In this document: positions 28,163 through 37,631 of the stretch, one piece after another
How positions within the stretch are numbered: the first letter of the stretch is position 1
Layout of the letters: the number at the start of each line of letters is the position of its first letter
Source of the DNA: Rickettsia typhi
Lineage (GTDB): Bacteria; Pseudomonadota; Alphaproteobacteria; Rickettsiales; UBA1997
Direction of reading: 5' to 3'
DNA length: 64,000 nt
Assembly (NCBI GenBank): GCA_945865905.1
Contig: CAMBFC010000004.1
Span: 20,553-84,552, forward strand
The notes under the pieces: model-generated
What the model was told of the DNA's origin: nothing
Database searches by the model: none
Seen by the model: only the letters and a program-made list of their open reading frames with translations
Program-made: the position numbers and the translations under genes

Positions 28163-29019
28163 TATCCGAAAATAATTGCCAATAAAATTAAAATTCCTAC
28201 AACAACATTAGCCTTAAATGCCTTTAAACACAAGGGTGGAGAAGAATAATCGCAACGCAGCACTAAAAATATTTCATAAAAAAATGCCGCGGCGGAGAAA
28301 AAATAAAATCGCGCACCAAAGTTTTGCAAAACTCCCACCAAAAAAACTAATGCAAACATTGCTATCGAAAGCGCAATTAGCGTGACCTGCGGCCTTGATG
28401 AAAATTTTATCGCACTTGATTTAACGCCGATTTTAATATCATCTTCAATATCTTGAAAAGCGTAAATTGTATCATAGATTAGAGTCCAAATTATACAGGC
28501 GACAAATAGCGCCATTGTTGATACGAAGAGCTTTTCATTGATCGCCAAATCGGCCATCAAAATCCCGTAATTAAAAGTGATTCCAAGAAAAATTTGTGGA
28601 TAAAAAGTGACCCGCTTCATTAAAGGATAAAGCGCCACCAATCCTAGAGCGATAAAGCCCGCAATGACAGTATAATGATTGAATTGTAATAAAATAATCA
28701 ATCCTGCAAACAGCAACAAAGCCAGCAAAATCAAGGCCTCTCGCAATTTTAGAGCGCCACTTGCTAAGGGTCGCAACTTGGTGCGCGCCACTTTTGCATC
28801 AAAATCACGATCAAAAATATCATTGACGATACAGCCAGCAGAACGCATAAGCACTGCTCCGATGATAAAAAGCAGCACATCTTTGATCAAAGCGTCCACA
28901 GAAAATTCGGTTGAATTTTTTGCCGCTAAAAAAATCCCAAACAAGCAGGGAAGAGCCAGCAGCACTATTCCAACTGGGCGATTTAGACGAATTAAATCAA
29001 TATAGGACCTAATTTTCAT
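28162..29019 (-). CDS. ubiA: 4-hydroxybenzoate polyprenyltransferase
   Basis: UbiA motifs NDIFDRDFD and YAFQDIEDD. I chose the ATG at 29019 (MKIRSYIDLIRLNRP), which gives the usual length of about 285 aa. The track start at 29154 would leave no room for the divergent pccA promoter. Confidence 0.8.
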   Translation of the reverse strand: MKIRSYIDLIRLNRPVGIVLLALPCLFGIFLAAKNSTEFSVDALIKDVLLFIIGAVLMRSAGCIVNDIFDRDFDAKVARTKLRPLASGALKLREALILLALLLFAGLIILLQFNHYTVIAGFIALGLVALYPLMKRVTFYPQIFLGITFNYGILMADLAINEKLFVSTMALFVACIIWTLIYDTIYAFQDIEDDIKIGVKSSAIKFSSRPQVTLIALSIAMFALVFLVGVLQNFGARFYFFSAAAFFYEIFLVLRCDYSSPPLCLKAFKANVVVGILILLAIIFG

Positions 29020-29178
29020 AATTTTGATGCGAGTTATAAAATGCAGAATCTTCTTAGGGCTCGAACTTAACTCTATTAATTTATGAAACAAAGCATTCTT
29101 CAATATAATAGAAACATTTGATTTTTGCTTCTGATTGGCTAATATCAACGACATTATTACTTTAACTATTTGATAAAT

Positions 29179-31218
29179 ATGTCAACGAAGTTTACAGCAC
29201 ACAAATTGCTCATCGCTAATCGTGGCGAAATTGCTTGTCGAATCATCAAAACTTGTCGTCGTTTGGGTATTAAAACCGTCGCGGTTTACTCTGATGCTGA
29301 TACTAATTCACTTTTTGTGCAAATGGCTGACGAGGCCGTCAATATTGGGCACTCGCCATCTTCACAAAGCTATCTTAGCATTGAAAAAATTCTTGCCGCG
29401 GTTAAAAAAACTGGCGCCACTATGGTGCATCCCGGTTATGGATTTTTATCCGAAAATCGTCTTTTTGCCAAAGCCTTAGAAAAAGTCGGCGTAATTTTTG
29501 TTGGCCCTTCAGTTCATTCAATTGAAGCAATGGGTGATAAAATTGAATCGAAAAAAATTGCGCTTGAGGCCAAGGTTAGTGCGGTTCCTGGGCATATGGG
29601 GATTATCAAGGATGATAAAGAGGCGATCAAAATTGCTGAAAAAATTGGCTTTCCTGTGATGGTTAAAGCCTCTGCTGGCGGTGGTGGAAAGGGGATGCGT
29701 ATTGTTTATAAAAAAGAAGATGTTGCCGAGGCTTTTCTTTCGGCCTCAAACGAAGCGCGCAACAGTTTTTCTGATGATCGTATTTTTATCGAGAAATTTA
29801 TTGAAAATCCGCGCCATATCGAAATTCAAATTATTGCCGATAAAGCTGGCAACACAATATGCCTAGGAGAGCGCGAATGCTCGATCCAACGCAATAACCA
29901 AAAAGTAATCGAAGAGGCGCCAAGTTCATTTGTTGATGAAAAAACTCGTCAAAAAATGTATGAACAATCGGTGTCTTTGGCAAAGCGCGTTGGCTATTTT
30001 TCGGCCGGCACCATCGAATATATCATGGACAAAAACAAGAATTTTTACTTCTTGGAAATGAACACGCGCTTGCAAGTTGAACATCCTGTTACTGAACTAA
30101 TCACCGGCCTTGATATTGTTGAACTGATGATCCGCGTCGCTCTAGGCGAAAACCTTCCTTTCAAGCAACAAGATATCAAGCTTAAGGGCTGGGCAATGGA
30201 ATCGCGCATTTATGCCGAAGACCCTTCGCGCGGCTTCCTACCTTCATCGGGACGAATCAATCTTTATATTGAGCCAGAAGAAAATGCCAATGTGCGCGTC
30301 GATTCAGGCGTTTACGAAGGCGGCGAGGTCAGCATGTTCTACGATGCGATGATTGCCAAGCTTTGCACTTATGGCAAAAACCGCGCCGAAGCAATTGAGC
30401 ATATGCGCCACGCTCTAGGCGGATTCGCTATTGGCGGCGTTTCACACAATATCAGCTTCCTCGAAACCATCATGCGTAATGAGCGTTTTACTAGCGGCGA
30501 TATTTCTACCGCCTTCATCAAGCAAGAGTTTCCTAAAGGATTTGCAGGAAATGAACTAGACTCTGCAGCCACACAAGTATTGATTGCGAGCTCATTACAT
30601 ATTTTTCTCAAAAACTACGAACGCAACGGGCGCATGACTGGCCAGCTTTCGCATGCCGAAAAACAAATCTCTGATCGTTGGGTTGTTATAATCGACGAAG
30701 CATCATTTTTGGTTGATGTGCTTGAGCGCTCGCCAGAACGCTTGCTAGTTATTTGCGATCGCAAAGAAATCGAGCTTGAATCATCATGGATTCAAGGCGA
30801 GAAACTTTTTCGCGGCAAAGTTAACGGCAAAAATATCGGCGTAAAAATTCGCGAAAATAACAATACTGGTGGATATTTATTGCAATATTCTGGCTCTGAT
30901 ACTTTTGTCAATGTCTACTCTCCGCGCACTGCAGAGCTTACAAAGTTCATGCCAAAAATCGAGAAAAACGCTAAGCCAAAAAATCTTACTTCGCCAATTA
31001 CCGGCAAAATTATTCGCTTTAAAGTGCAAGAGGGCGATGAAGTAAAAGCGGGACAAGAGCTTGTTATTATTGAGGCGATGAAGATGGAAAATATCATTCG
31101 CACCGATCATGATGTTGTAATTGGCAAAATTAAATTTGCCGAAGGCGAGCCGGTAGGAATTGGACAAGTGGTTATTGAGTTTATCAATCAAACTGCGCCT
31201 GTTGCGGCAAAAAAATAA
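29179..31218 (+). CDS. pccA: acyl-CoA (propionyl/acetyl-CoA) carboxylase alpha subunit: biotin carboxylase + BCCP
   Basis: LLIANRGEIACR, an ATP-grasp domain and the C-terminal biotinyl motif EAMKME. I took the ATG at 29179; the track uses the TTG at 29170. Confidence 0.88.
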   Translation: MSTKFTAHKLLIANRGEIACRIIKTCRRLGIKTVAVYSDADTNSLFVQMADEAVNIGHSPSSQSYLSIEKILAAVKKTGATMVHPGYGFLSENRLFAKALEKVGVIFVGPSVHSIEAMGDKIESKKIALEAKVSAVPGHMGIIKDDKEAIKIAEKIGFPVMVKASAGGGGKGMRIVYKKEDVAEAFLSASNEARNSFSDDRIFIEKFIENPRHIEIQIIADKAGNTICLGERECSIQRNNQKVIEEAPSSFVDEKTRQKMYEQSVSLAKRVGYFSAGTIEYIMDKNKNFYFLEMNTRLQVEHPVTELITGLDIVELMIRVALGENLPFKQQDIKLKGWAMESRIYAEDPSRGFLPSSGRINLYIEPEENANVRVDSGVYEGGEVSMFYDAMIAKLCTYGKNRAEAIEHMRHALGGFAIGGVSHNISFLETIMRNERFTSGDISTAFIKQEFPKGFAGNELDSAATQVLIASSLHIFLKNYERNGRMTGQLSHAEKQISDRWVVIIDEASFLVDVLERSPERLLVICDRKEIELESSWIQGEKLFRGKVNGKNIGVKIRENNNTGGYLLQYSGSDTFVNVYSPRTAELTKFMPKIEKNAKPKNLTSPITGKIIRFKVQEGDEVKAGQELVIIEAMKMENIIRTDHDVVIGKIKFAEGEPVGIGQVVIEFINQTAPVAAKK

Positions 31219-31223
31219 ATATC

Positions 31224-32129
31224 ATGAAGCCTGTTGCAAGCGAACAAAAAGGCTCACTATTTGTCGCTGCCTCAGCGCTTTCTTACGGGTTTATATGCTA
31301 TTTTGGCCTCAGCATTATCAACGATGGATTCTCGCCTTATAACACGATGTTTTGGCGCTTTCTTGTCGCATCAATATTTTTATTTTTGTTATTGTTGCCA
31401 AAAATAAAAAAGCTTCATGCCTCTCGCGAAAAAATAACCTCTTTGTTGCTCTCTGGCGCTGTTTTTCATGGCAGCGCAACTTCACTTTATTTTCTCTCGG
31501 CAACCTATATTGGCAGCGGCCTCGCAACGGTTTTGCTTTTTACCCATCCACTTACTGTGGTGATTTTTAATCGTATTTTTTATAAGACGCAAATTGCTAA
31601 AATTTGCTATATTTCCTTTATCCTCATAATTATTGGAATGGCTTTTGTGGCCGATATTGGCGGCACAAATTTTAATTTTATTGGCGTTGCCATTGGCATG
31701 CTTTCCTCCGTTTTTTTTGGCCTTTATATTGTTTCGGGCAAAAAAAATAATATCGATCCGCTATTATCAACTTTTATAATTTGCTGCGGATGCATCATTG
31801 TTTGTCTAGCTTTCACACTACTTCACGGCAGTTTTCAAGTTCCTCAAACCATCGAGATTTGGAAAAATATTTTTGGCCTCGCAATAATTTGCACCGCTTT
31901 TCCAATTTTATTATTTCTCAAGGGGCTGCCTGCAATTTCTTCAGAAAAAGCCGCGATAATTTCTATGATTGAACCACCAATAGTGATGCTGGTTGGTTTT
32001 ATTTTTTTAGCTGAGAGAATTTCTTTTTGGCAGCTAGTTGGGGCCTTGATAATTATGGCTGCAGCACTGATTGTAGTAATTGAAAAACCGGGAAAGAAAA
32101 AAACTTTTGCACAAGATCATTTTTTATAA
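31224..32129 (+). CDS. EamA/DMT family transporter
   Basis: 301 aa, 10 hydrophobic helices, duplicated EamA-type organisation. Confidence 0.7.
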   Translation: MKPVASEQKGSLFVAASALSYGFICYFGLSIINDGFSPYNTMFWRFLVASIFLFLLLLPKIKKLHASREKITSLLLSGAVFHGSATSLYFLSATYIGSGLATVLLFTHPLTVVIFNRIFYKTQIAKICYISFILIIIGMAFVADIGGTNFNFIGVAIGMLSSVFFGLYIVSGKKNNIDPLLSTFIICCGCIIVCLAFTLLHGSFQVPQTIEIWKNIFGLAIICTAFPILLFLKGLPAISSEKAAIISMIEPPIVMLVGFIFLAERISFWQLVGALIIMAAALIVVIEKPGKKKTFAQDHFL

Positions 32130-32163
32130 AAATGATTCTTGTTTTGCGCTAATGCCAAAATAG

Positions 32164-32844
32164 CTATTCACTAATAATTTTCACGATTTTTGTTGTCGCA
32201 ATCAATAAAATTGATCCCACAAAAACACAAATCCCGCTCAATAATTTTAATGAGAAATAAAAATTATCTGCGTTAACGCCTCCCTCTAAACCATTGCTAA
32301 CAGAGCCTCCACAGCCAATCAATAAAATCGGAATAATTAACGGCAACGCCAAAATCGCCAATAGCGGCGCCTGATTTTCTGCAATATTTAAGCTGCCACA
32401 AAAAGCACAAACAAAATTTATCGCAAAACTAGCAAGCGAAATCAAAATTATAAAATGCCAGATAAAGCCATAATCTGCGGCCATCGCGGCCATTATAAAA
32501 GGAATGACGCATAAAATTGGCAGGCAAAAAATTAGCCACGAAGAAATGATTTTAGCAAAAATAAACACCTCGAGATTGGGGCAAAAAATTATCATCTGCT
32601 CAATCGTGCCATCGCGATAATCTTCTGCAAGAAAATCGCCATTAGCAAAAATTAACGAGAAAAGTAGCGAAAACCAGATAATATTGCACATCAAGAATTG
32701 CTGCGAGACACCTTGATCCGCTTGATTTTGCGCTAAAATAAAAAACACTGCGCAAGAGATCACAAAAAATAAAATATTTTGCAAAAACCGCGAGAGATTT
32801 TTTCCTGCTCGCAAAAGATTTTGTTGGAGAAAAATTAGAAACAT
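32164..32844 (-). CDS. ccmB: heme exporter protein B
   Basis: 226 aa, 6 TM helices. FLAEDYRDGTIEQM matches the CcmB F..D..DG.LEQL motif. Confidence 0.7.
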   Translation of the reverse strand: MFLIFLQQNLLRAGKNLSRFLQNILFFVISCAVFFILAQNQADQGVSQQFLMCNIIWFSLLFSLIFANGDFLAEDYRDGTIEQMIIFCPNLEVFIFAKIISSWLIFCLPILCVIPFIMAAMAADYGFIWHFIILISLASFAINFVCAFCGSLNIAENQAPLLAILALPLIIPILLIGCGGSVSNGLEGGVNADNFYFSLKLLSGICVFVGSILLIATTKIVKIISE

Positions 32845-32856
32845 ATTTAATCCCCC

Positions 32857-34296
32857 CTATTTATTGCGCCCATAAATATCGCTGAAGCGCACAATATCAT
32901 CTTCGCCCAAATAACCACCGGTCTGCACCTCAATGATTTCTAGTGACTCTGGCCCTTTATTTTCTAGTCGATGTTTTTTTCCTAGCGGAATAAAAGTTGA
33001 CTCGCCTTGCTTGAGCGTAAATTCTTTATCCTCGCAAGTTACGATGGCATTGCCTCTAACCACAATCCAATGCTCGGCGCGATGATGGTGCATTTGTAGC
33101 GAAAGTGATGCGCCTTGCTTAACAACAATGCGTTTAACCTTAAAACCATTGGCCTCATCCAGTGTTTCAAAACTTCCCCACGGGCGCAAAACTTTAGTGT
33201 GAGAACTGCATTCTGGCCGTTTTTGTTCTTTCAAAAGCTCAAAAATTTTCTTCACATCTTGCGCGTGATCTTTGTGCGCTACCAAAACTACATCTTTTAG
33301 ATTAACCACAATAATGTCTTCTAAGCCTAGAGCGGCAACGATTCCGCTTTGTGAATTAATATAACAATTTTTGCTTTTTAGGGCAACAACATCACCAAGA
33401 AAACTATTTTTATTTTCATCTTGCGGAGAATTTTGTGCAATCGCATCCCAATTTCCAACATCATCCCAACCAACATCAAGCGGCACCACCGCTATCTTGC
33501 CAGCCGAAGCTAATTTTTCCATCACCGCATAATCGGCAGAAATATTTGGCGATTTAGTGAACGATTCTTCGTCTAAGCGAATAAAATCAAGATCTTGCGC
33601 AGCCTTTAAATACGAGACTTCGCAGGCTTCACCAATTTCTGGTTGCAGTTTTTTTAGCTCTTCTAAATATACCGAGGCGCGCAACATAAAAATTCCACTA
33701 TTCCACACATAGCCACCTTGATTTACAAAGCTTGTCGCTGTTTCTTTATTTGGCTTTTCGACAAATTTTTCTACCAAAAAACCCACAGAATTTTTAATTG
33801 GCGCACCTTCTTTAATATATCCATAACCAGTCTCGGTGCGGCTTGGCACGATTCCAAAAGTGATGAGATAATTTTGTTTTGCAATTGCAGCGGCTTTTTT
33901 TACAACTTCAAAAAAGCCCTTCTCGTCTTTAATTATATGGTCTGAAGGCATTACCAACATTAAATCATTTTCGGCGCCAAAATTTTTTAACACATCTAAA
34001 GCCGCAACAGCAATGGCCGGAGCAGTATTGCGACCAATTGGCTCGAGAATAATTGATTCAGCCTTCAAGCCAAATGCAGCAAGGCTTTCTGCCGCAATAA
34101 AGCGATGCTCGTTATTGCAAATTATCAATGAATTGGTGAAAGTATTTTTGTCACTCACGCGCAAAGCAGTGTCTTGAAACAAAGAATTTTTGCCAAAAAA
34201 ACTTAAAAATTGCTTAGGATTTAAAGCGCGCGAAAGCGGCCACAAGCGAGTTCCCGAGCCACCTGATAAAATTACTGGAATTATTTTTTGATCCAT
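32857..34296 (-). CDS. manC: mannose-1-phosphate guanylyltransferase / mannose-6-phosphate isomerase
   Basis: 479 aa with PVILSGGSGTRLWPLSR and the C-terminal cupin region (RPWG...MHHHRAEHWIVV). Confidence 0.9.
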   Translation of the reverse strand: MDQKIIPVILSGGSGTRLWPLSRALNPKQFLSFFGKNSLFQDTALRVSDKNTFTNSLIICNNEHRFIAAESLAAFGLKAESIILEPIGRNTAPAIAVAALDVLKNFGAENDLMLVMPSDHIIKDEKGFFEVVKKAAAIAKQNYLITFGIVPSRTETGYGYIKEGAPIKNSVGFLVEKFVEKPNKETATSFVNQGGYVWNSGIFMLRASVYLEELKKLQPEIGEACEVSYLKAAQDLDFIRLDEESFTKSPNISADYAVMEKLASAGKIAVVPLDVGWDDVGNWDAIAQNSPQDENKNSFLGDVVALKSKNCYINSQSGIVAALGLEDIIVVNLKDVVLVAHKDHAQDVKKIFELLKEQKRPECSSHTKVLRPWGSFETLDEANGFKVKRIVVKQGASLSLQMHHHRAEHWIVVRGNAIVTCEDKEFTLKQGESTFIPLGKKHRLENKGPESLEIIEVQTGGYLGEDDIVRFSDIYGRNK

Positions 34297-34303
34297 AAAT
34301 AAA

Positions 34304-35149
34304 CTATTCTGATTCTTTCTGCTTTTTTAAAAGCGCCTTCTGTTTTTTAGTAATTTGCTTAATGTTTTCAACGCTTAGCAAATTTTCTGGCATGACGCCT
34401 CCTATTTCTTTTATCGCTTGCCTAACTTTTTTACCAACCTCAAAATGCGTATTATTAGCTGATTGCTTGCCTCTCACGCCTTCGCGCTCAATCTTTGCTG
34501 CCGTTTGCGTAATTCTAAAAATATTCGCACCCAACTCTTCGCTGCCCATATGATCTAGAATATCCTTCTTTGCCGCAACACCTTTTCTATCAGCAATCGC
34601 TTTTTTATCAAGCCCTCCATACAATCCCTTATATCCAGCATTTTGAAATATTGCGTAATCAAGCGGCAATACTACGCCCGCACCCTTCGCTACACCTGAT
34701 AATCTACTATTGTGAGTTTTAATTTCTTGCCGCAATGCCAATCTTTTTTCATCTTCGCTCAAGCGGCTCAGCTCTTGGTCTCGCAGCTCTTGCCTTCTAG
34801 TTTGCACCGCAAAATATGTTTGCGCAAAGGCGACGGTCTCTTTTCGCGAATCGGCATTTTGCGCGATCAAGTAACAGGCATATCTCGTCAACTTCACATC
34901 GTCCACCGGCTTAGATGCGGCGCCACTCGCGACGATTTTGTTGACGTCAACAAAATGGGAAGAGGCCTTATGTTTAGAGCCTTTGCAAGCCTCCTTCGCC
35001 TTATCAATCACTAAAGCAAAATTTCGCCATTCATCATATCCAAGCAATTTTTGCAAATCTCGCCCATGCCAAAACTCGGTCTGCGCCTCGTCTTTAAGGG
35101 CTTTAGCTTCAAATTCTTTAACGAATTTATCGATTATGGTGTCTTTCAT
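34304..35149 (-). CDS. dinD: DNA-damage-inducible protein D homolog
   Basis: 281 aa, collinear with E. coli DinD as I remember it: LTRYACYLIAQNADSRKE, AQTYFAVQTRRQE, EDEKRL.LR, YAIFQNAGYKGLYGGLD, ILDHMGSEELGAN, FEVGKKVRQ. Confidence 0.8.
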   Translation of the reverse strand: MKDTIIDKFVKEFEAKALKDEAQTEFWHGRDLQKLLGYDEWRNFALVIDKAKEACKGSKHKASSHFVDVNKIVASGAASKPVDDVKLTRYACYLIAQNADSRKETVAFAQTYFAVQTRRQELRDQELSRLSEDEKRLALRQEIKTHNSRLSGVAKGAGVVLPLDYAIFQNAGYKGLYGGLDKKAIADRKGVAAKKDILDHMGSEELGANIFRITQTAAKIEREGVRGKQSANNTHFEVGKKVRQAIKEIGGVMPENLLSVENIKQITKKQKALLKKQKESE

Positions 35150-35168
35150 TTTGTGGTGTGTTTTTGGT

Positions 35169-36665
35169 TTATATTATTAACGCAAAATCTTCGTTTAGAG
35201 CATCGTAAACTCCCTTAGAAGATTTTGTGAAAATCTTATCACGAATTTTATCTCTTTCTATTTTATCAACATTTACATTAAGAGATTCAATATCAGTTAA
35301 GGTCATAGGATTTATCATTGATCCCATTCCTAGCCTTATGGAAGAAGGAGGAGCCTTAACACATGGCCTAAAATAATTTTGCACTTTTTGCTCAACTTTT
35401 TGAGCATTTTCATAATTCGTGTAAAAAACTTTATGACTTACATAATCGCTTTTGGCATCATTAATATCATAAGTTATATTAAAACAATCCTCTCCTAAGA
35501 ATCTGCTCAAATTATCCTCAATAAACCCAAAGCCTAAAAAATAAAGCTTACGCGAATCTTTCCGCAGCCTATCAAAAAAATCTTTATCGGAATTTCTTTC
35601 TTCACCGATAATTTTAATCTCTTTTTCCGCCACATCTTTTATTTTTTGGAATATATCAGAAATGCCGATGCTGGGATTTCTTAAATCAGCCTTTAGCCCT
35701 CCATATTGATACCCACAATTTTTTAGCCCCCCATAAGGATGAAAGATCTTATTCTTTATCTCCTCTGCAAAATCAGGCATTTGCTTATCTAGATAATACT
35801 CTAGACTTCTATCATAGTTAAAATTTATTATTTGAATCTTGTTAATATTTTCTTTGATTATTTCTTTTGCCTTCTCGGATCTTTTCTTCTCATCACTTTC
35901 TTCAAATTCTGCAAAAGATTTATTAGCGTAACTGTTGATTATTGCTTCTCGAAGCCATCGATACCAAATTTTGTGCTCAGCATTAAAGATTTTTGCATTT
36001 TCAGCTTTTAATAACCAATAGACGATTAGCTCTTTGCCAGCATTGACCAAATCGTCATTGGTATATTTTCTATCCACCTCTCCATCCCCAAGATCTATCT
36101 CAACATCAACTAATTTATACTTTATTGAGGTCAAAAAATTATCAATACTTTCTGGATGGTAATGTTTTAAAAGCGCCGCCAATCTTAGGTGGTTTTTAAA
36201 ACCCAACTTTATTGCTATTTTTTCTACAAAAAATTTGTGACGCTCGCTGTCTGGGCCCCATAGCTCTTCAATTATGGGGTGTTTCCACCTTTCGCCACAA
36301 GCATGAATCGTGGGGCGCTGCTGCCCATCGCACCAAGACCATCCTTCTTGGATAAGACCATGTTTAGACAACGCCACTCGAATACTAACCGCTCCTCTAA
36401 GCGCAATTAAATCTTTGTCTACAATTTCTTGAACAAACTTCCCATTATCAGAACTACTTGGGGTAAGCTCTTCCGCCATTTGACGAAGGTATCCTTTTCT
36501 CCCATATAACAGCAAGTCACTTTCAAAATCCATCATTTGCCTTATTAATTCTTCACCTGTAGGCATAGACACTCCTGCCTTAATATATTCTTGACGATCC
36601 TCTTTGCGCACAACTTTACAAAAATCATGGCTTGCCCCCGCCCCAATAACAATAACCGTTTCCAT
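35169..36665 (-). CDS. SIR2-like (SIR2_2/ThsA-type) domain protein, candidate NADase
   Basis: 498 aa. Motif order VIVIGAGAS ... INFNYDRSLE ... IFHPYGG ... LYFLGFGFIEDNL parallels the ThsA-type GAG.S / TTNYD / HG / FVGFSF.D.N motifs. A long insert (about 250 aa) lies between motifs 1 and 2. AT-rich coding sequence. Confidence 0.55.
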   Translation of the reverse strand: METVIVIGAGASHDFCKVVRKEDRQEYIKAGVSMPTGEELIRQMMDFESDLLLYGRKGYLRQMAEELTPSSSDNGKFVQEIVDKDLIALRGAVSIRVALSKHGLIQEGWSWCDGQQRPTIHACGERWKHPIIEELWGPDSERHKFFVEKIAIKLGFKNHLRLAALLKHYHPESIDNFLTSIKYKLVDVEIDLGDGEVDRKYTNDDLVNAGKELIVYWLLKAENAKIFNAEHKIWYRWLREAIINSYANKSFAEFEESDEKKRSEKAKEIIKENINKIQIINFNYDRSLEYYLDKQMPDFAEEIKNKIFHPYGGLKNCGYQYGGLKADLRNPSIGISDIFQKIKDVAEKEIKIIGEERNSDKDFFDRLRKDSRKLYFLGFGFIEDNLSRFLGEDCFNITYDINDAKSDYVSHKVFYTNYENAQKVEQKVQNYFRPCVKAPPSSIRLGMGSMINPMTLTDIESLNVNVDKIERDKIRDKIFTKSSKGVYDALNEDFALII

Positions 36666-36672
36666 AAATTAT

Positions 36673-37521
36673 CTATCTTTGAGTTGCAAAATGCCGCAGA
36701 ACATTGCTGCCCTTGCCAACCTTTAAATTAGAGGCTGCGCAGGCATAAACATAATCATTGGCTTTTTTTACACTTGCAAGCAAACTCATTTTTTTTGCCA
36801 CATTGCACGCAATCGCCGAAGCCAGTGTACAGCCAGTTCCATGCAGTTTTTTTACTGCGACTTTTTTATTAGAAATTTTATAAAAATTATTTTTATTAGC
36901 TGCCAAATCCTTTGCTATCAAGGCTTTACCCGGCCCATCCATCAACAAAATATTTGTTATCGCCCCATCTTTTGCTGGCAAATGCCCGCCTTTTATCAAA
37001 ACATTTTGCGCGCCCAACTCCTTTATTATCAAGGCCGCTTGCCCCATATCATCTAGGTTTTTTATTTTCATTTTTGCCAAAACTTGCGCTTCATCAATAT
37101 TTGGCGTAACCAAAAATGCACCGTCAAGAAGCTTTGATTTTAAAGCCTCTACAGCATTTGCTTCCAATAATAAATGGCCACTGGTAGAAACCATTACTGT
37201 ATCTAAAATTAACGGAATTTTTTTTGCTTTGCGCGAAAGCACATCTGCCACGCAATCAATGATTTCAGCGCTTGAAAGCATACCAATTTTTATCGCATCA
37301 AACTTTATATCATCCAAAACCATCTCTAATTGCTGACGCAAAAATGCAATTGGCGGATTAAAAACCGCCTCAACGCCTTGTGTATTCTGGGCCGTGAGAG
37401 AAGTAACAACCGCACTCGCATAAACTTTATGCGCTGTTGCAGTTTTTATATCCGCCTGCAAACCCGCGCCACCACAAGGATCGGAGCCGGCGATGATTAA
37501 TATTTTAGAAATTTTGGTCAT
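36673..37521 (-). CDS. thiD: hydroxymethylpyrimidine/phosphomethylpyrimidine kinase
   Basis: 282 aa with AGSDPCGGAGLQADIKT and the ribokinase-fold C-terminal motif GTGCTLASAIA. Confidence 0.88.
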   Translation of the reverse strand: MTKISKILIIAGSDPCGGAGLQADIKTATAHKVYASAVVTSLTAQNTQGVEAVFNPPIAFLRQQLEMVLDDIKFDAIKIGMLSSAEIIDCVADVLSRKAKKIPLILDTVMVSTSGHLLLEANAVEALKSKLLDGAFLVTPNIDEAQVLAKMKIKNLDDMGQAALIIKELGAQNVLIKGGHLPAKDGAITNILLMDGPGKALIAKDLAANKNNFYKISNKKVAVKKLHGTGCTLASAIACNVAKKMSLLASVKKANDYVYACAASNLKVGKGSNVLRHFATQR

Positions 37522-37587
37522 TTTAGAATCTAATCCAATTAAATATTTTAATTATTAAGTCATTGACTTTATTGGGCCCAAGCCATG

Positions 37588-37631
37588 TTTGCGTCTAATT
37601 TGCGTCTAATTTGCGTCTAATTTGCGTCTAA
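37588..37631. repeat. perfect tandem repeat, 4 x 11 bp (TTTGCGTCTAA)
   Basis: Units at 37588, 37599, 37610 and 37621 are identical. It spans the last 4 codons and the stop of the 37617-39302 gene, and lies 67-110 bp upstream of the thiD start. Confidence 0.95.

Noticed and set aside
29020-29154. Long N-terminal extensions given by the ORF track: ubiA to 29154, clpP to 45579, grpE from 45636, hisC from 48392, protease from 49507, pccA from 29170, virB9 from 19954
   Set aside because: Most of the extensions start at TTG/GTG. They add non-conserved residues, and for ubiA and hisC they also overlap or crowd the neighbouring gene. Internal ATGs give family-typical N-termini. The exact starts remain unverified.
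36673-37521. thiD as a functional component of the flanking SIR2-like / Schlafen modules
   Set aside because: It looks like an ordinary full-length HMP-P kinase with host-like composition. Only adjacency supports a link, and I know of no mechanistic precedent.
37522-37616. TPP riboswitch upstream of thiD
   Set aside because: I found no CTGAGA / ACCTGATCTGGATAATGCCAGCG-type thi-box elements on the minus strand. The region is AT-rich plus the 11-bp tandem repeat.
37588-37631. Possible CRISPR array
   Set aside because: It is a pure head-to-tail 11-bp tandem repeat with no spacers, and no cas genes are in the window.
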